From positions 744,001-808,000 of the forward strand of contig CDLV01000016.1 of assembly GCA_001244265.2 (NCBI GenBank): DNA of 64,000 bases, in the 5' to 3' direction. The notes beneath the pieces are model-generated. The model saw nothing but the letters and a program-made list of their open reading frames with translations. It was not told the origin of the DNA and searched no databases. Below, one piece after another: positions 36,400 to 48,562 of this stretch (positions are counted from its first letter, which is position 1; each line of letters opens with the position of its first letter). The position numbers were made by a program, and so were the translations under genes. This stretch comes from Microbotryum violaceum (Eukaryota).

Positions 36400-38311
36400 C
36401 TACTCGTCTTCTACTGCCGACAATTTTGATTGCGTCAAGAATTTTTCCAGTTCATCTCTGATGACTTGCCCGGCCCTCTCGTCCTGAAAACCTTCCCTTC
36501 TCGCGCGCGCCTTCGCCTCTGCGCCTCTAGCTTCCGCCTCGAGAACGTGGAACTCCCACCGGCCAGCCTCGAAGTCTTGCCGGTCCAGCTCGAGCGCGAC
36601 ACCTCTGGACGTCATCAAGCGTTTTAATCCAAATTCTTCCACAAACAGGGGCCGCGGGACTACGCCAAAGGTCCGATAGAAATAATCATGGTCAGTTCTC
36701 GTGCCGTAGATGAATCGCGAAGAGGAACACAACTGACCATAAACGAATGGGGTATGGTTCGAGATGGTTTCTGAGCAGGTGCCGTAACCCAATTTACCCA
36801 AAACTACGTCCGCCGTTGCGGTCAAGTCAGGAACATAAACGTCCTTGTCGCTGGCGTAAAAGTTTGCGGGCAGGTCGTTTCGGATCTCGTTGTTGTTGCC
36901 CGCAAGGCCGCACACGATGGCGATCCATCCTTTCGGCAACAAGCCAGCTTCTTTGGAGTTCAGGTCCGTAGGGATCTCCAGCGAATGCGCCGAAAACCCC
37001 GAAGACTGTCGCAGGAGCGGGGTAGACAGCGGGGACGGCGGTCTCGAGCGTGGCCGAGGGATCGACTGGCCTCCAAAGGAAACGAGCAGAATCTTGGCCT
37101 CAAATTGTTCTTCTGGGACGTCCATCGAGGCGAGCAGGGCCTGACGAAACGCCGGGGTGTGCACCTTTGGGGAGGGAGGCCGAACCAACAATGGAACATC
37201 GATCACCCGTGCTTTGGGTTGCCCCTGCGGTCGGGTGGCGGGAATCAAGGACGTCGGCCGGGAAAGTAAGGCATCAATCTCGGCTGTAAAGGAGGTTCTA
37301 TGAGCGTTGACCCATTTTCCAGACGGCAGCGGAGCGTCCGTGTCGAATCCCGGAATAGGGATCGCTCCCGGAAGTCGCAACAGTAGAGAAGCGCATGCGT
37401 AATCGGCAATGCTCTGCTCGACTAGGGGAGAGAGGATCGAGTCGGAGATAGGCGGCTCGAGCGGTTCTCCGGTCAGGGACGGAAGACTGGCGAGCGACAA
37501 GTAAGAATAGCACGAGTCGAAGGTGAAGCTAAGGTCACACAAGACAGGTACAGAACCAAGCCACATTAGTACCGCGACCTGTGGCTGTGACGAAGATCTG
37601 CAATAACTCACTTGCTGACGATGACAGAGGGAATTCTCGCTCCGTGTCCAGCGGCGCTGCGGGTCGTCGATCAGCAAGGGTGTCAACGTATTGGCGGGTG
37701 GATTGGCCTTCAATTCGACATAAAAAAGCTCAGCAGCCAACTGACCATCCGAGGAAAGTTGAATCGCTCAATACACAGTCGATGCTTTGACCTTTGAGCC
37801 AAGTGATTTCTTCTGCGAGTGTCTGAGGCCGTTGATCCATGAAATTTTTGAGCAAGCGATAGGTCCCCTCTTGATCCACATCGTACGCCTTAGGCTGCAC
37901 GATACCGGCATCGACGTTTCGGCGACGGTAATACGCGTACGATGGTAGCGGCGTCGTGGCCGGTACGGGTGCCGCTCTTCGCAATTCCGGGGAGGGTATC
38001 TCGGAAGGTGGCAGAACCGCGGAGAAGGGTTGCGTCGGTGCGTTTGTCACAATGTGTACCTCGTGGCCAGCATGTAAGAGCTCCGATGTAAGGGCTGACA
38101 CCCTTGTGGCGTGCTGCGACGACAAGGTGAAGGGTCAAGTTAGTGTGTGGTCACAGGGGGGGTGGCGGGAAGGCCAGTATTCGATAGGGTGGGGGAGCAG
38201 GGTCGACGACAGCTGACTCGGTCTGAGCTTCTGGCGCGTACGTACCCCGTAGCCATGGCCACTACAATAAAAAGCGAACCTGTACCTGTGCCTGATTGCG
38301 TCGATAGACAT
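36400..38311 (-). CDS. Uncharacterised GT-B-fold protein resembling the N-terminal domain of plant L-arabinokinase
   Basis: FYCSGHGYGHATRVSAL, GIVQPKAYDVD, LVSFGG, YVPDLTATADVVLGKLGYGTCSE, VPRPLFVEE. Confidence 0.75.
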
Positions 38312-38914
38312 GCTCGACTCGGGTGGCACGCTTGAGTCGCTGAGAGAATGCGTAGAGAGCCCAGCGCGCGTCGACGTGGTCGACTGCTGTTTGCCGTAGT
38401 CCTCGGCTTAATAGTTCTGCTCAGTTGGGACCTATTGGGACTCGCGAGCGCGCGCAGCGCGCAGCGAGCCGCCTCGGTCGCTATATAGTCGCGCGGTCGG
38501 GCCCGCCATTTGTTCAATCTGAAACGCGTGCAGTGGCACTTCGAGGCAAGTCATCGCAGGGAGCAGGGATAAGAAGTGGGAGTCTACAATCGGGCGATAG
38601 TTACCTAGTATTCTTGTGACACTATACCAGCCAATTCGCAATGCCTACCCCTACCTGCACAGCGCCTGAAATAGTGAGCTGTAAAAGATATATTGGCAGT
38701 GATGAAATTTCGCGCCAGCCAGATCGTCCGCCTGTCACATTGGACCAAATGCGGGAAAAGTCTATTCAGTCTGATAGTTTGTACCTATGCCTACAATGCT
38801 CTCGGAAATATTTTTTCTTCTGCTTCTTTAAGTGTGACTATGCAGGTCTTTGGCCTGTCTCCTCCCTCCGATTCGATGCACCGAAACGCGCGCCAAGCTC
38901 GGGGACGTCGGATA

Positions 38915-40177
38915 CAGTCAAACCTGAGAAAATTCATATTTTCGGTGGACGGATTTTCCCAAGACAGGTATAAGCTTGGAGAGTTCGGCTTCAGATCAGT
39001 ACATTATGACCTGAAACTCCATTTTTGAGCTTCCTATATCAAATCAAGAATTTTCATCTTTTGAGTCGATACATTGACTTTTGAGGGGGAGGAAATTCAG
39101 AAGGCCCGAATTGCTGACTTGCAGCCAATGTACCCCCTCTGCCGAGGCATGATGACATCTAACAAGTTATGAAAGCTCCAAGCAAAAATATCTTGACCTA
39201 CTGACGCTGGAAATACGAAGTCATTGTCGTCTGAATCCTCGCGGCATCCTGCTCGGCAACAAGAGTCCTGCGAATCCTCCTAGCCTCGTCCTCAAAAGAA
39301 ATCAAATCCGCTGGACCTGAGTACCCATTCATAGCAAACCTAAAGAAAACATCAAGCGCTGAGATTGCCTCCTTCAGTGTCGTTCGCTCCGCCGGTCGGA
39401 GCTCTATCTCCGCTTCCTCCTCTCCTCCTTCAAGTTCTCCCTCGCAATTCTCCTCCAACTTTTCGGCAATGACCAGGTCCACAATCTTCTGATCGGTCAT
39501 TTTAGCCCCACCAGCAAGGTTCTCCTCCTCCACATCGACGAGAAAGTGGATACTCATCTTCTCGTTGCTCGTAACTATCCTCTTTTCGACCAGCTCATCG
39601 TTCGTCGTCTTCATCGCGTTCATCGCGTTGATGATGCCGCGATCGTCATCGAGAGGCCCGCGACCGTTGGGAAAAAGTGTATGGTCGGTCGATCCTTTGT
39701 TCTTGCGATCAGACAAGATTTGAGCGTGGCGTTAACAGTTGAATTCCGGGAAGGGAATGAGACCATGATGATATGAAGAGGAATTTCTGATGAGGGCTTC
39801 TCGGATTGTGAAGATGTTCATTTCGGCGTCGTTGTTCGTTGTCGGCGGAAGAGGAGAGAGAAGCACGTCGCGACTAATAGCCTGTCAACGTGTCAACCGC
39901 CGTCTTTGCTCTACTGTGCTTGCTTCTCGGCTGTTTCGGGGCATTTCGGACTCTTCCAGCAGGCGGCTCGTCAACAAGAACGCCGAAGGAGAGGCCATTT
40001 CCTGATCAATCGCTCATTCCCGGCTCTCTCTTATCTTGTAATTTGACCTGTAAACCCATGAATTATAAGGTATAAGATTGGACAGGTTCTGTCAGCCAAA
40101 AAAGTCGGGAGATTGAAAAGTCCATATATTTTGCCAGGTATAAGATTGGGCGACATAGATTTTCTCAGATTTGACTG
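38915..40177 (-). mobile_element. Non-autonomous Tc1/mariner pogo/Tigger-like element, 1263 bp
   Basis: TA TSDs (38913-14, 40178-79); TIRs CAGTCAAA(C/T)CTGAGAAAAT; internal ORF 39716->39198 resembles the acidic C-terminus of pogo transposase, ending QTTMTSYF. Confidence 0.88.
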
Positions 40178-40363
40178 TACCTGGGTCCGACCGCAGCCGG
40201 CCCGCGCGATCGGCGGGTCTGTGGGGAATCGTGGGGTCACTGGGCGATGGATGCGATGGGTGAAGCGGTGTCAGTGCGATGACTGATGAGGTCATGGGCT
40301 CTGTGTTGCGACTCGAGGATCTGTTCAGAGTTGCGACGTGCCCGCCCGCACCTAGCCTCGGCG

Positions 40364-43300
40364 ATGAACGACTATTTTACTCTTCAGCCATCACACGCAC
40401 ACGATGATTTTCCGACACCGAGTCTCGAACATGAATATGTCTACCATTCGCCATTGGACTCGCCCGAACTGAGCGAGGCGCACGACGGGTGCATCACGTC
40501 GGCCGCGACGCCGGCGCCAGCGCAGACGATGACAGAGTCACAGCCCGATACAGACAAGCGAACAGTCGAGCCTGTTGAAGGAGCCCGAACAAAAGCTTTT
40601 CTGACCCCGTCGGAACTGGTCAGTGTCTTGTCCCAGGAGAGGGACCCACCACCGCCGGTGCAGGCCCGTGAGTACAACCCCGGCCTTCACCGGTTCACCT
40701 GCCACCTGGAACCGGGCCAGGCATCCATTCACAAGGTTGATTGACCCGCCTGCGCAGCTGCTCTGCACATATGACTGCCCCAGGTTTTCTACATGGCGGT
40801 CCCCCGCTGTCGGACTTGACAGCCCCATCGGATGTCGTAGCAACCCAAGCGTCCAAGCAAAAGCCGGTCGCAACGAGCAAATGGCGCGCATTCACCGATT
40901 CCGAAGATCGGGTCCTGCAACAGGGATGGGAAGCGCTACAGGCGGAGAAGAAGGCGGAAAAGGACGCATCAGTGTCGACGGGGGGGGAAAGGCAGAAGGG
41001 GAAAGTAAAGACCGAGCAGGCCGTCCAGGATGGTGCCGAGGACCCAGGTCAGTCCAGATTTGAGTCTCTTTTGCTATGGGGTGGCACATTGACGTGAGCA
41101 GCTGTGGCTTCTCTCTCACAGATGGTGAGACGCTTTGTTGATACGAAGAGTTCGTTGTGTATGTCTGACATGTTTGACCTCGCACTCGCTTGTTATCGCC
41201 CGCAGCCGAGATGCCTCATTGCTTTCCTGTGGGCCTGGACAAGCTTTTCACCGTGTCCCTCGCCTCGTCCATACTCTACCCAGCATTCTGGCAAGGTACC
41301 CCTGTGAGAGTACTACGTGCCCATTGGTTCTACGCGCCACCCGCATCGAAAGCAACGAAGTACAAGAGCCTGGCGTCCCACCAGATCAAGGCATATCCGG
41401 TAGATCCGGAACTGTCGGCCTCACTCGACCGGGCATACGCCCACATCTGCCCCTGGGAAGAATCGTAAGCATGCATGCAACACAGGCGCCAAAGCATGCC
41501 CACTGTTTTGATCGGTGTCACTGACACGGTCGCGCGCGTGCAGGTACACTGCTGAGCTCGCTTCGGCGCTGAAAGGTGGTGTTGAGGCCCAACTCAAGCT
41601 CAGCGCACCACTCGGTATTGACAGCGAGAGCGGAGAAGCAAACTCGGGCATCGAAGTCATTTTCCAGGGCGGAGACGAAGGCCGCGTTTACTCGAAGAGC
41701 TTTCTTGGTAGTATCGGCAAGTCGCTTTGGAGCAGCGGCAAGTCGTTGGGAGGGGGCCAGGTTGTCCTGCGCGGTCAGTTTACGTCCGCGGCAGTCATAC
41801 AAGACCTGCACAGGAATGCTGAGGCTCTATGTGTTGCTCTACATCCGTTATGAACAGGCTGGGATGCCATGAGAACGTACCATGCCGGGAAGGAGAAAGG
41901 GGGGACGCCCGGGAAACCCGTCACCACCAAGAAGATCGGCGCACTGAGTGACGCCGCCGCCGAATCGTCCGACAATGAGAGCGTCACATCACGATCTGAC
42001 GCCAAATCCCGCCGTGGATCCAATGCGTCGGCTGCCAAACTTGCTGCTGTAGATGCAGGTGCGAGTGCAGCTGGTGGGTTTTTCGCCGCGTTGAAGAGCA
42101 AGCTCGGCGGTGTACCACTCGTGGGCCACCCGCTTGACGGGGGGAACGATGACGTCGACGTCGATATCCAGGGGGAAAGAACGAATGACACGCTGGAAGC
42201 GATGGATGGGCCAAGAAACCAATATGGGGATGAACAGGGAGGGGTAGGAGAAGTTGACGAGCTCGTCTTGGTGTGTCATGGCATCGGCCAGAAGCTTGCC
42301 GGAAAGTATGAATCTTTCTCGTTTGTGCATGCGTGCAATCACTTCCGCACCGGTGAGTGGCAGACGTGAGAACTTTTCCTCCCTCTGCCCCGCTCAAAAT
42401 TGATCATTGCCCGAATCGCCAGCTTGTACCAACTTATCTGCGTCCAACTTGCTTGCTCCACTACTAAGCAAAAAGCGAGCCCAGTTCATCCCTTTGCTTT
42501 GGCGCACCGATCTTTCTTTCGACGACGATGCCGAGGATCTAGGAGACTCTGCCGATGAGCACCTACGCAACCAGTTTAGTCTCGATGACATCGAAATCAA
42601 GGGGTCCATCCCGCTGCTGCGACAAGTCGTTTCGGGCCTTGTGCTGGATGTTCCGTTCTATCTGTCCCACCATAAGGGCAAAATGCTCAAGGCTGTCGTC
42701 AAGGAGGCTAATCGAATCTACCGTCTGTTCTGCATGCGCAACCCTGGATTCGCCGCTAGAGGCGGGAAAATTTCGATTATTGGGCACTCGCTTGGATCGG
42801 CGTTGTGCGCAGATATCCTGTCCACTCAGCCCACCTACGTCAAACCGCTCAGCGAAATGTCGAACGCGGAGAAGTACTCGGAGTCACAGTTTGTGTTTGA
42901 TACCCGACTGTTCATCCTCGTCGGGAGTCCAGTAAGTGCCGTGCCACCTGTGAAGCGACTTCTGCAGATACTGTTCTTTGTTCGCTCATCCAGCTGCTCA
43001 TCTTTCGCTCAGCTCGCTTTTTTCTTGCACCTCGGGCAAGGACAGCTCATCGCGCGAAGGGGACGTGCCCGAACGCAGAACGTCGGGCGCGATATCGCCC
43101 TCGACCGCGCCGGCCGCTACGGATGCATGGCGATAGATGCGGTTTACAACGTCTACCATGAGACAGATCCCGTCGCCTTCGCTCTCAATGCTACGGTGGA
43201 CCGAGAGTTAGTTCTATCCCTCAAAGCAATGAAATCACGACTCGACAGCTGACGGGGATCTTTTTCTACTTTTTCCTGCAGATATGCCAAGCTGATCAAA

Positions 43301-44020
43301 CCAATTGCAATTCCTTCCACAAATTCGACACTGTTCGAGAACCTGTCCGACACATATAGCCGGATCAGCAATGTGCTCGACATCAGCCGTTTCTGGTCGT
43401 CGCCGGAGAAAAACGAAGCTCTTGAAGGCTCAAAGAACGAGGGACCTCCCGGATCAAATTCTGGCACTGAGGCGTACAGTGCAGAGAAAGTGGGGAGAGG
43501 CCAATCCTCGTCGAATTTGGCTGCAAAACCGAAGATGCCAGCTCGGCGCCCGACGAACAAAAGGATGCCGAGTGAGATGCCGATGGGCAAGCGTGAGTTC
43601 GAGTCCGTCTCACGGGCGGAGCAAAGGTGAGTGTGGAAGGAGAGTCACGCCTGTAATCACCATAATTTTGACGTCCAACCCTCTCTCTTTTTTAAAAAAG
43701 GTTTAAGGCCCTCAACCCTCAAGGTTGCATTGACTTCTACATGCCTGCGGAAGGTGAGCGATGGTTTTTCATCGGGCTCTGATTGCCGTGTGCCGATGGC
43801 GCTCATCCTTCACCTTGACCACTGACTTGTGACAGGCATCAACCAGTACATCGATGCTCTGTCATCCCATGCTAGTTATTGGTCCTCGGACTCGGTGGCG
43901 ACGTTCGTTTTGACTCAATTGTTCTCGCCAGAAGATGAGTTGGCACGAACGGGGCGCGAGGAGATCGGAACCGATGTCGCCGAGGACATTGAGCAGATTC
44001 GTGAGGAGGAAACGGAGTGA
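40364..44020 (+). CDS. DDHD-domain phospholipase A1 (Ddl1/PA-PLA1-like), multi-exon
   Basis: VLRAHWFY, LVLVCHGIGQKL, LVLDVPFYLS, IIGHSLGS lipase motif, YNVYHETDPVA, LSSHASYW. Confidence 0.9.
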
Positions 44021-44309
44021 GGGAAGCGCTTCTAGACTGTATTTGATATCTCACCACAGGCATCTTTTGTGACGTACCGCATCTGTTGCAATTTCACGCA
44101 TGTCTTCGCTTCTCCTCTAGCTCTGTGCGCGTGAAGTTTGCTCCCGCCGCCAGGTCATTGGGCTGCTAGACAGGAACATAGATCTGTATTCATGAGCTGC
44201 TGTGAATATGAGGGCGGAATATAATCGTTTTACATCGAGCGACCATCGCCCGAGCCAGCAGCGCCTTCGACGGTGGCTCCCTGGAGAATCAGGTTTTGGA
44301 GGCCGTCGC

Positions 44310-44353
44310 GCGTTGATTGGAAATACTCTCAGCGTCGATTGGAAATACTCTCA
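44310..44353 (+). repeat. 22-bp tandem duplication containing ATTGG
   Basis: GCGT(T/C)GATTGGAAATACTCTCA x2. Confidence 0.85.
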
Positions 44354-44668
44354 AACCCTTCGTGCAATCACGTAGGTATAGCGTATGTCCTTATGAACGG
44401 TTCTTCTTTTTACTTAGTGTACGCTTCTGGTAATTGACAGCAGCAACGTTGCCATGGCAATCGTGAACCAGAAGTGACCTCTGTGGAGATTTCAAGTCGC
44501 GTTCAACTTGCTCCACCTGTCGCCCGGACCTGTGGGGTCCTGTTCGATTGCAGTGGTTGGTCAGCGTCAGCGACGGCGAGCTTCAAGTTCTAGAACGGAT
44601 GATGTGGGTTTCCTTTTGATGGGTATGGGGCTTGGGAGTCCTCTTGCCTGCGACTCCTCCACTGAGTC

Positions 44669-44704
44669 CCTCTCTCTCTTTCTCTTCTCTCTCTCTCTCT
44701 CTCA
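44669..44704 (+). repeat. (CT)n microsatellite
   Basis: Imperfect CT run. Confidence 0.8.
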
Positions 44705-45260
44705 TAGCAAAAAAGGCGGATATTTTGAGGATGGCTTTGGGACGGGGTCGGGACGGCCGTGGGATGGCCGAGGGATGGTTGCCATCCTGGGATGACCGTG
44801 GACGATCACGACGCACTACCAGAGTTGGGCGCCCCAACTCTGCGACCATCCCGGGGCCCGCGCCGATCCTGGGATGGTCCTAAGCTCGAAACCCTCCACT
44901 CTGTGGAGGGGCTTGTACCTTATCGGCGCGTTTGGCTGAGTTGCCTGTCGAAATTCGGCCCAGAAAAGTACCACCTTGCTGTAGCATGGCAAATAAAAAC
45001 AACCTATACAATCGTTGCAAAAGACTTACTCTTATGCTATTTTTTCGAGCATATACCCCAAGGGAAGACTCTTGGGAATCCTATTCATTGAGCTACAGCG
45101 GTGAGAAGTCGTTATTTTCGACTTGGAGCTGGCTCGCGCACGGACCTAGAGGGACGGTTCTTCGCGCCGACGTGAATCAGCCAGCCGCGCCTCACCGGTC
45201 TCGCCTTCGGTACATACACAGCGCCAGTCCACGACGTCACTACCGCCCTCATGATCCACC

Positions 45261-45660
45261 ATGCCCGTACAAACGCCAACGCCTGTCAAGGGCACACCTC
45301 GTCGGTCTCCATCGATTGAGTTCAGAGAGTCGCCCTTACGATCTGCTTCGAGGGCAAAGCCAACGACATCGAGGGACCATCAATCAACCAACACAGCCCC
45401 CGAACTGCCTACCCTTCGCTCTCGGGCTGCTCACTGGAGATCACAATTAACTCAAGAAGATTGAGTTGGCCCGATTGAGTTACGCAAGAAGCTCAGACTC
45501 CTCTTGGTCGACAAACTTGGCGAGGACTTCGTCCCCCGGTCGGTGCAAATCGAAGCTCTCGCCGGACTTTTTCAGCTCGAGCGGTTCAAGACTCGAAATC
45601 AGTATGACGCTGTGTTCGTCATTGCTCCAACGGCTTCAGGGAAGAACTTGATATCTCAAG
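45261..45660 (+). pseudogene. RecQ-like SF2 helicase N-terminal fragment (AcademH-type)
   Basis: In frame across one TGA (45462-45464): FVPRSVQIEALAGL (Q motif)...VFVIAPTASGKNLI (Walker A); truncated at the junction with the opposite-strand transposase. Confidence 0.7.
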
Positions 45661-46620
45661 CCAACGTTGTCAACCGATTGTTCGCTCCACATGCGAGAGC
45701 CATGAGACCGTTACGATGCTGCATAGCATGATTTCTTCGGTTACACGCGAAGGCGATCTGACCCATTATCGAGCGACAAGGCTGTGGCAAGTCAATAAAC
45801 GCCATCATCAATTTGATTTTAAACAAGGAGCTGAGCTCAGGCAATAATTACGCACAAATGATACATGTTGCTCCTTGGTAATGAGAAACACCCCCGTTCT
45901 GCATCCGACCCAGAGCTATCCTCTTGAGCGTCCTCCATGTCAACGTCCGTAGAATCCGAGCTGAGTTTGTCGCAGTTTGATTCTTCGACTGGTGGTGGGT
46001 CTCCGCAGTGAGACAAGAGGTTGCGGATGCGTCCACTGATGAAAAAGTTGCTTTCGACTGTTGCGTCGAGGCTTGCGTCAATCTGATCAGATGCCAAGCC
46101 TTCAGGAGCCATGTCGTGGCTGGAGACGAAGGCGGATTTGGTTCGTTTCATCTCTTTCACAATGATTGAGTCAGACTGCACAGGTAGGATGCAAGTGTTT
46201 AAGAGGCCTTACCGCGGTCTTGTATACTGATCTGATATGCTGGAGTGTTACCCACCTGGTTGGCGATCCAATTATTGATTCGGCCTCGTGCGTTGGGCCA
46301 TCTTCGCGGGCGAGTTGTATGATGAGATCAAGTACATGATTGAGCTGGGTCCAATTACCGTTGAAGAGCCTTGGCCTATGATTGTGAACACCATCGTGTT
46401 GTGTTGATGGGCTGAAATACCACGAGAGGTATTGACATAGTGAGAGCTTGTGAAGCCGAAACCGAGCGAATAGATCCGCCTGACGGCGGCGATCCTGGCG
46501 AGTCGTCGAGTCATAGCGTCTGGGTTCCGCGTCATTCTGAGATAAGCGCGGTGTTGCACCGAGAACAAGCGAAGAGCATAGTACCGGGAAGACGAGTGAT
46601 GCGGAATGGGACGAGAGAAA
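45660..46620 (-). pseudogene. AcademH-like (DUF6589-type) transposase N-terminal half
   Basis: DSIIVKEMK...SSHDM..., acidic linker, SIMGQIAFACNRRNHAMQHRNGLMALACGA; paralogous to 741-970. Confidence 0.7.
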
Positions 46621-46735
46621 CCGATGCGCACACGCCGAAGTGCGCAAGCCGGCGCTCTGACCCTCACCTTGTGCCACGTCGTGACGTCGCGAGCATCCTA
46701 CCCTGCGTGCCCTTGCTGAGGGTTAAGAGGACAGC

Positions 46736-47740
46736 ATGTCATCTACAGCAGCCCCTCCAGATGCACGAATTCAACTGCTCTTAGACGACGTGCTCGAGGT
46801 TCCAGATGAGCAATTTGCCGCTATGTCTCCTGTTGCCGAGCTCACTGTCGGCGAGCTTCTCGCGTTCGAATTTACCCGGCCTGACCTGACCGCAACGCTC
46901 GCCGTATCCGAGTTCGAGCCAACATTCCATCGGCATCAGATTCGCCCCAATAGCACCACCCGCGCCTTATTCAACAAGACTCACGATCTTCGAGAATTGT
47001 ACGCCACCGGCTATCGATCCATCGAGGTTCGATCCCCTTGCACGTCGATAGTGGAACACATGCCAATCATTTCCGAAGCATTCTGGCAACATCTGGACTC
47101 TGTCGAGCAGCTGAAGTCAACCATCTCGGATAACGTTGATTGGCTAAGCAATGTTGAGGTCATTGACAAACGCGACGCCGCGTACATCAAGCTGGCAAGC
47201 GCCTTGCTTGTTGCATTTCGAACCCCTTCACTGCAGTTGAGAAAAGTCGCTCATCACGTCGGCGTCTGTAAGCACCACAGTGCGCTTCATCTACACAAAG
47301 CCGTCACCAGCAAGGCCTCACTGCAGTGTTAAGAGCACCGAATCCCTCGGACTCGTCTCCAACATCGTGATTCAGGAGCTCTTTCCTGCGCAAGCCAGTT
47401 CCGGAGTCTTCACCAATCGCAACAGCCGCGGCCAAGCTCGAATCTTCTTCTTGAATGTCACCGGGTCGTCAGCTGCCTTGACACCTACAACTCGAGCGTG
47501 CAGACCGTTGAGCCCCCAGCTGGTTTTGGCTTCGACGGCCACACTCGGCGAGTCCTAGACCCACAGGCGCAAGCGCGATATTACCAGCTGCAAAGCTTCA
47601 AAGGGGTCCTTGCGGCGTCGTTGGCCCCGATTCGGAAGGGACTTGCACATGCTGGCGAGGAGAGGGGTATTAATGCAGACGGAGGGAGCCGAGCCGATAA
47701 GCGCTCGGGACCTTCGCAGGGTCCAAGCGGCCGGCTGTGA
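46736..47740 (+). pseudogene. Internally deleted Ulp1-P-transposase polyprotein (N-terminus joined to C-terminus)
   Basis: The N-terminus aligns with 32781-32400 (ELTVGELLAFEFTRPD vs DVRVSELLTFRFDNPD; GYRSI). The C-terminus aligns with 27380-27020 (VRFIYTK...LGLVSNIVIQEL vs VRYMYAK...LALLSNVVLQEL; QAQARY vs QAEARF). Confidence 0.75.
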
Positions 47741-47849
47741 GTCGCGTCGTCGGAGCGATTTTTCGTATTTCTGGCTGTTGGAGAGCGATTTTTGGGCAAT
47801 TTCACGACGTTGAATTTTTCATGTTTTCGGAACTCTTCCAATGTACGGC

Positions 47850-47956
47850 CGAAAATACGTACAAATCAACCCCTCAGACACCTCATCCCGATGTACAAAT
47901 CGGCCAAAAATCGCCGTTTTTCGAGACGCACATTGGGCTGAGCTTTCCCGGGTCCT
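47850..47956. mobile_element. Terminus (TIR plus subterminal) of the composite relic
   Basis: 30-bp terminus identical to 2486-2515; reverse complement CTCGAAAAACGGCGATTTTTGGCCGATTTGTAC resembles 26725-26758. Confidence 0.75.
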
Positions 47957-48562
47957 CTCAGCGTCGAGCCAATGTCCACGCTTACCCGTCTCTCGCCCTC
48001 GCTCCTCTTCTGTCTCTCCTCTGACTCAGACTTTCTCGAGCCGGCTCGACCTCAACTGCGGCACTTTCAACGCTCGTTTATCTTCTACAAAGCTTGCTCT
48101 GGGATCCCCCTACTCGCGTCTTGCATCGCCCGCTTTGTAACGTCTCATCGCGTTGCTACGCACCTGAAGCCACCCGCCCGCGCGCTCTGATCGCGCGTCT
48201 GGACGCGACAAGCAAACGAACGAACAGGTGCTCCTAGCTCTCTCGACGTACACGGCTACGTAAGATCGGTGCGTACAACGTTGCGATCTGGCCAGTGTGA
48301 TCCAGCAATAGTCGTTCTGCCCCAAGGCGCATCTTGATGCCATCATCCACACGTTGTTCCGCATGCTGATCATCGATCGAATCTGAACGTTCCCTTTCTG
48401 ATTGGGCCAGCGCGCAACTCGACGCGCACAAACAAACCGCCGCCTGCGCTCGCCTGCCTGCGCCTGCCTGCGCTCACCTCGTCGACGTACGAGCCGCGAA
48501 TCGTTCGTTGCGACTACCCTTTCGTCGACCCAGTCTGTGCAGCAGAACCGAATCGTCTCGCA

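Noticed and set aside
2486-47956. One giant 45-kb element bounded by the 30-bp repeats
   Set aside because: The repeats are direct, not inverted, and enclose housekeeping genes; they are better explained as ends of two separate relics.
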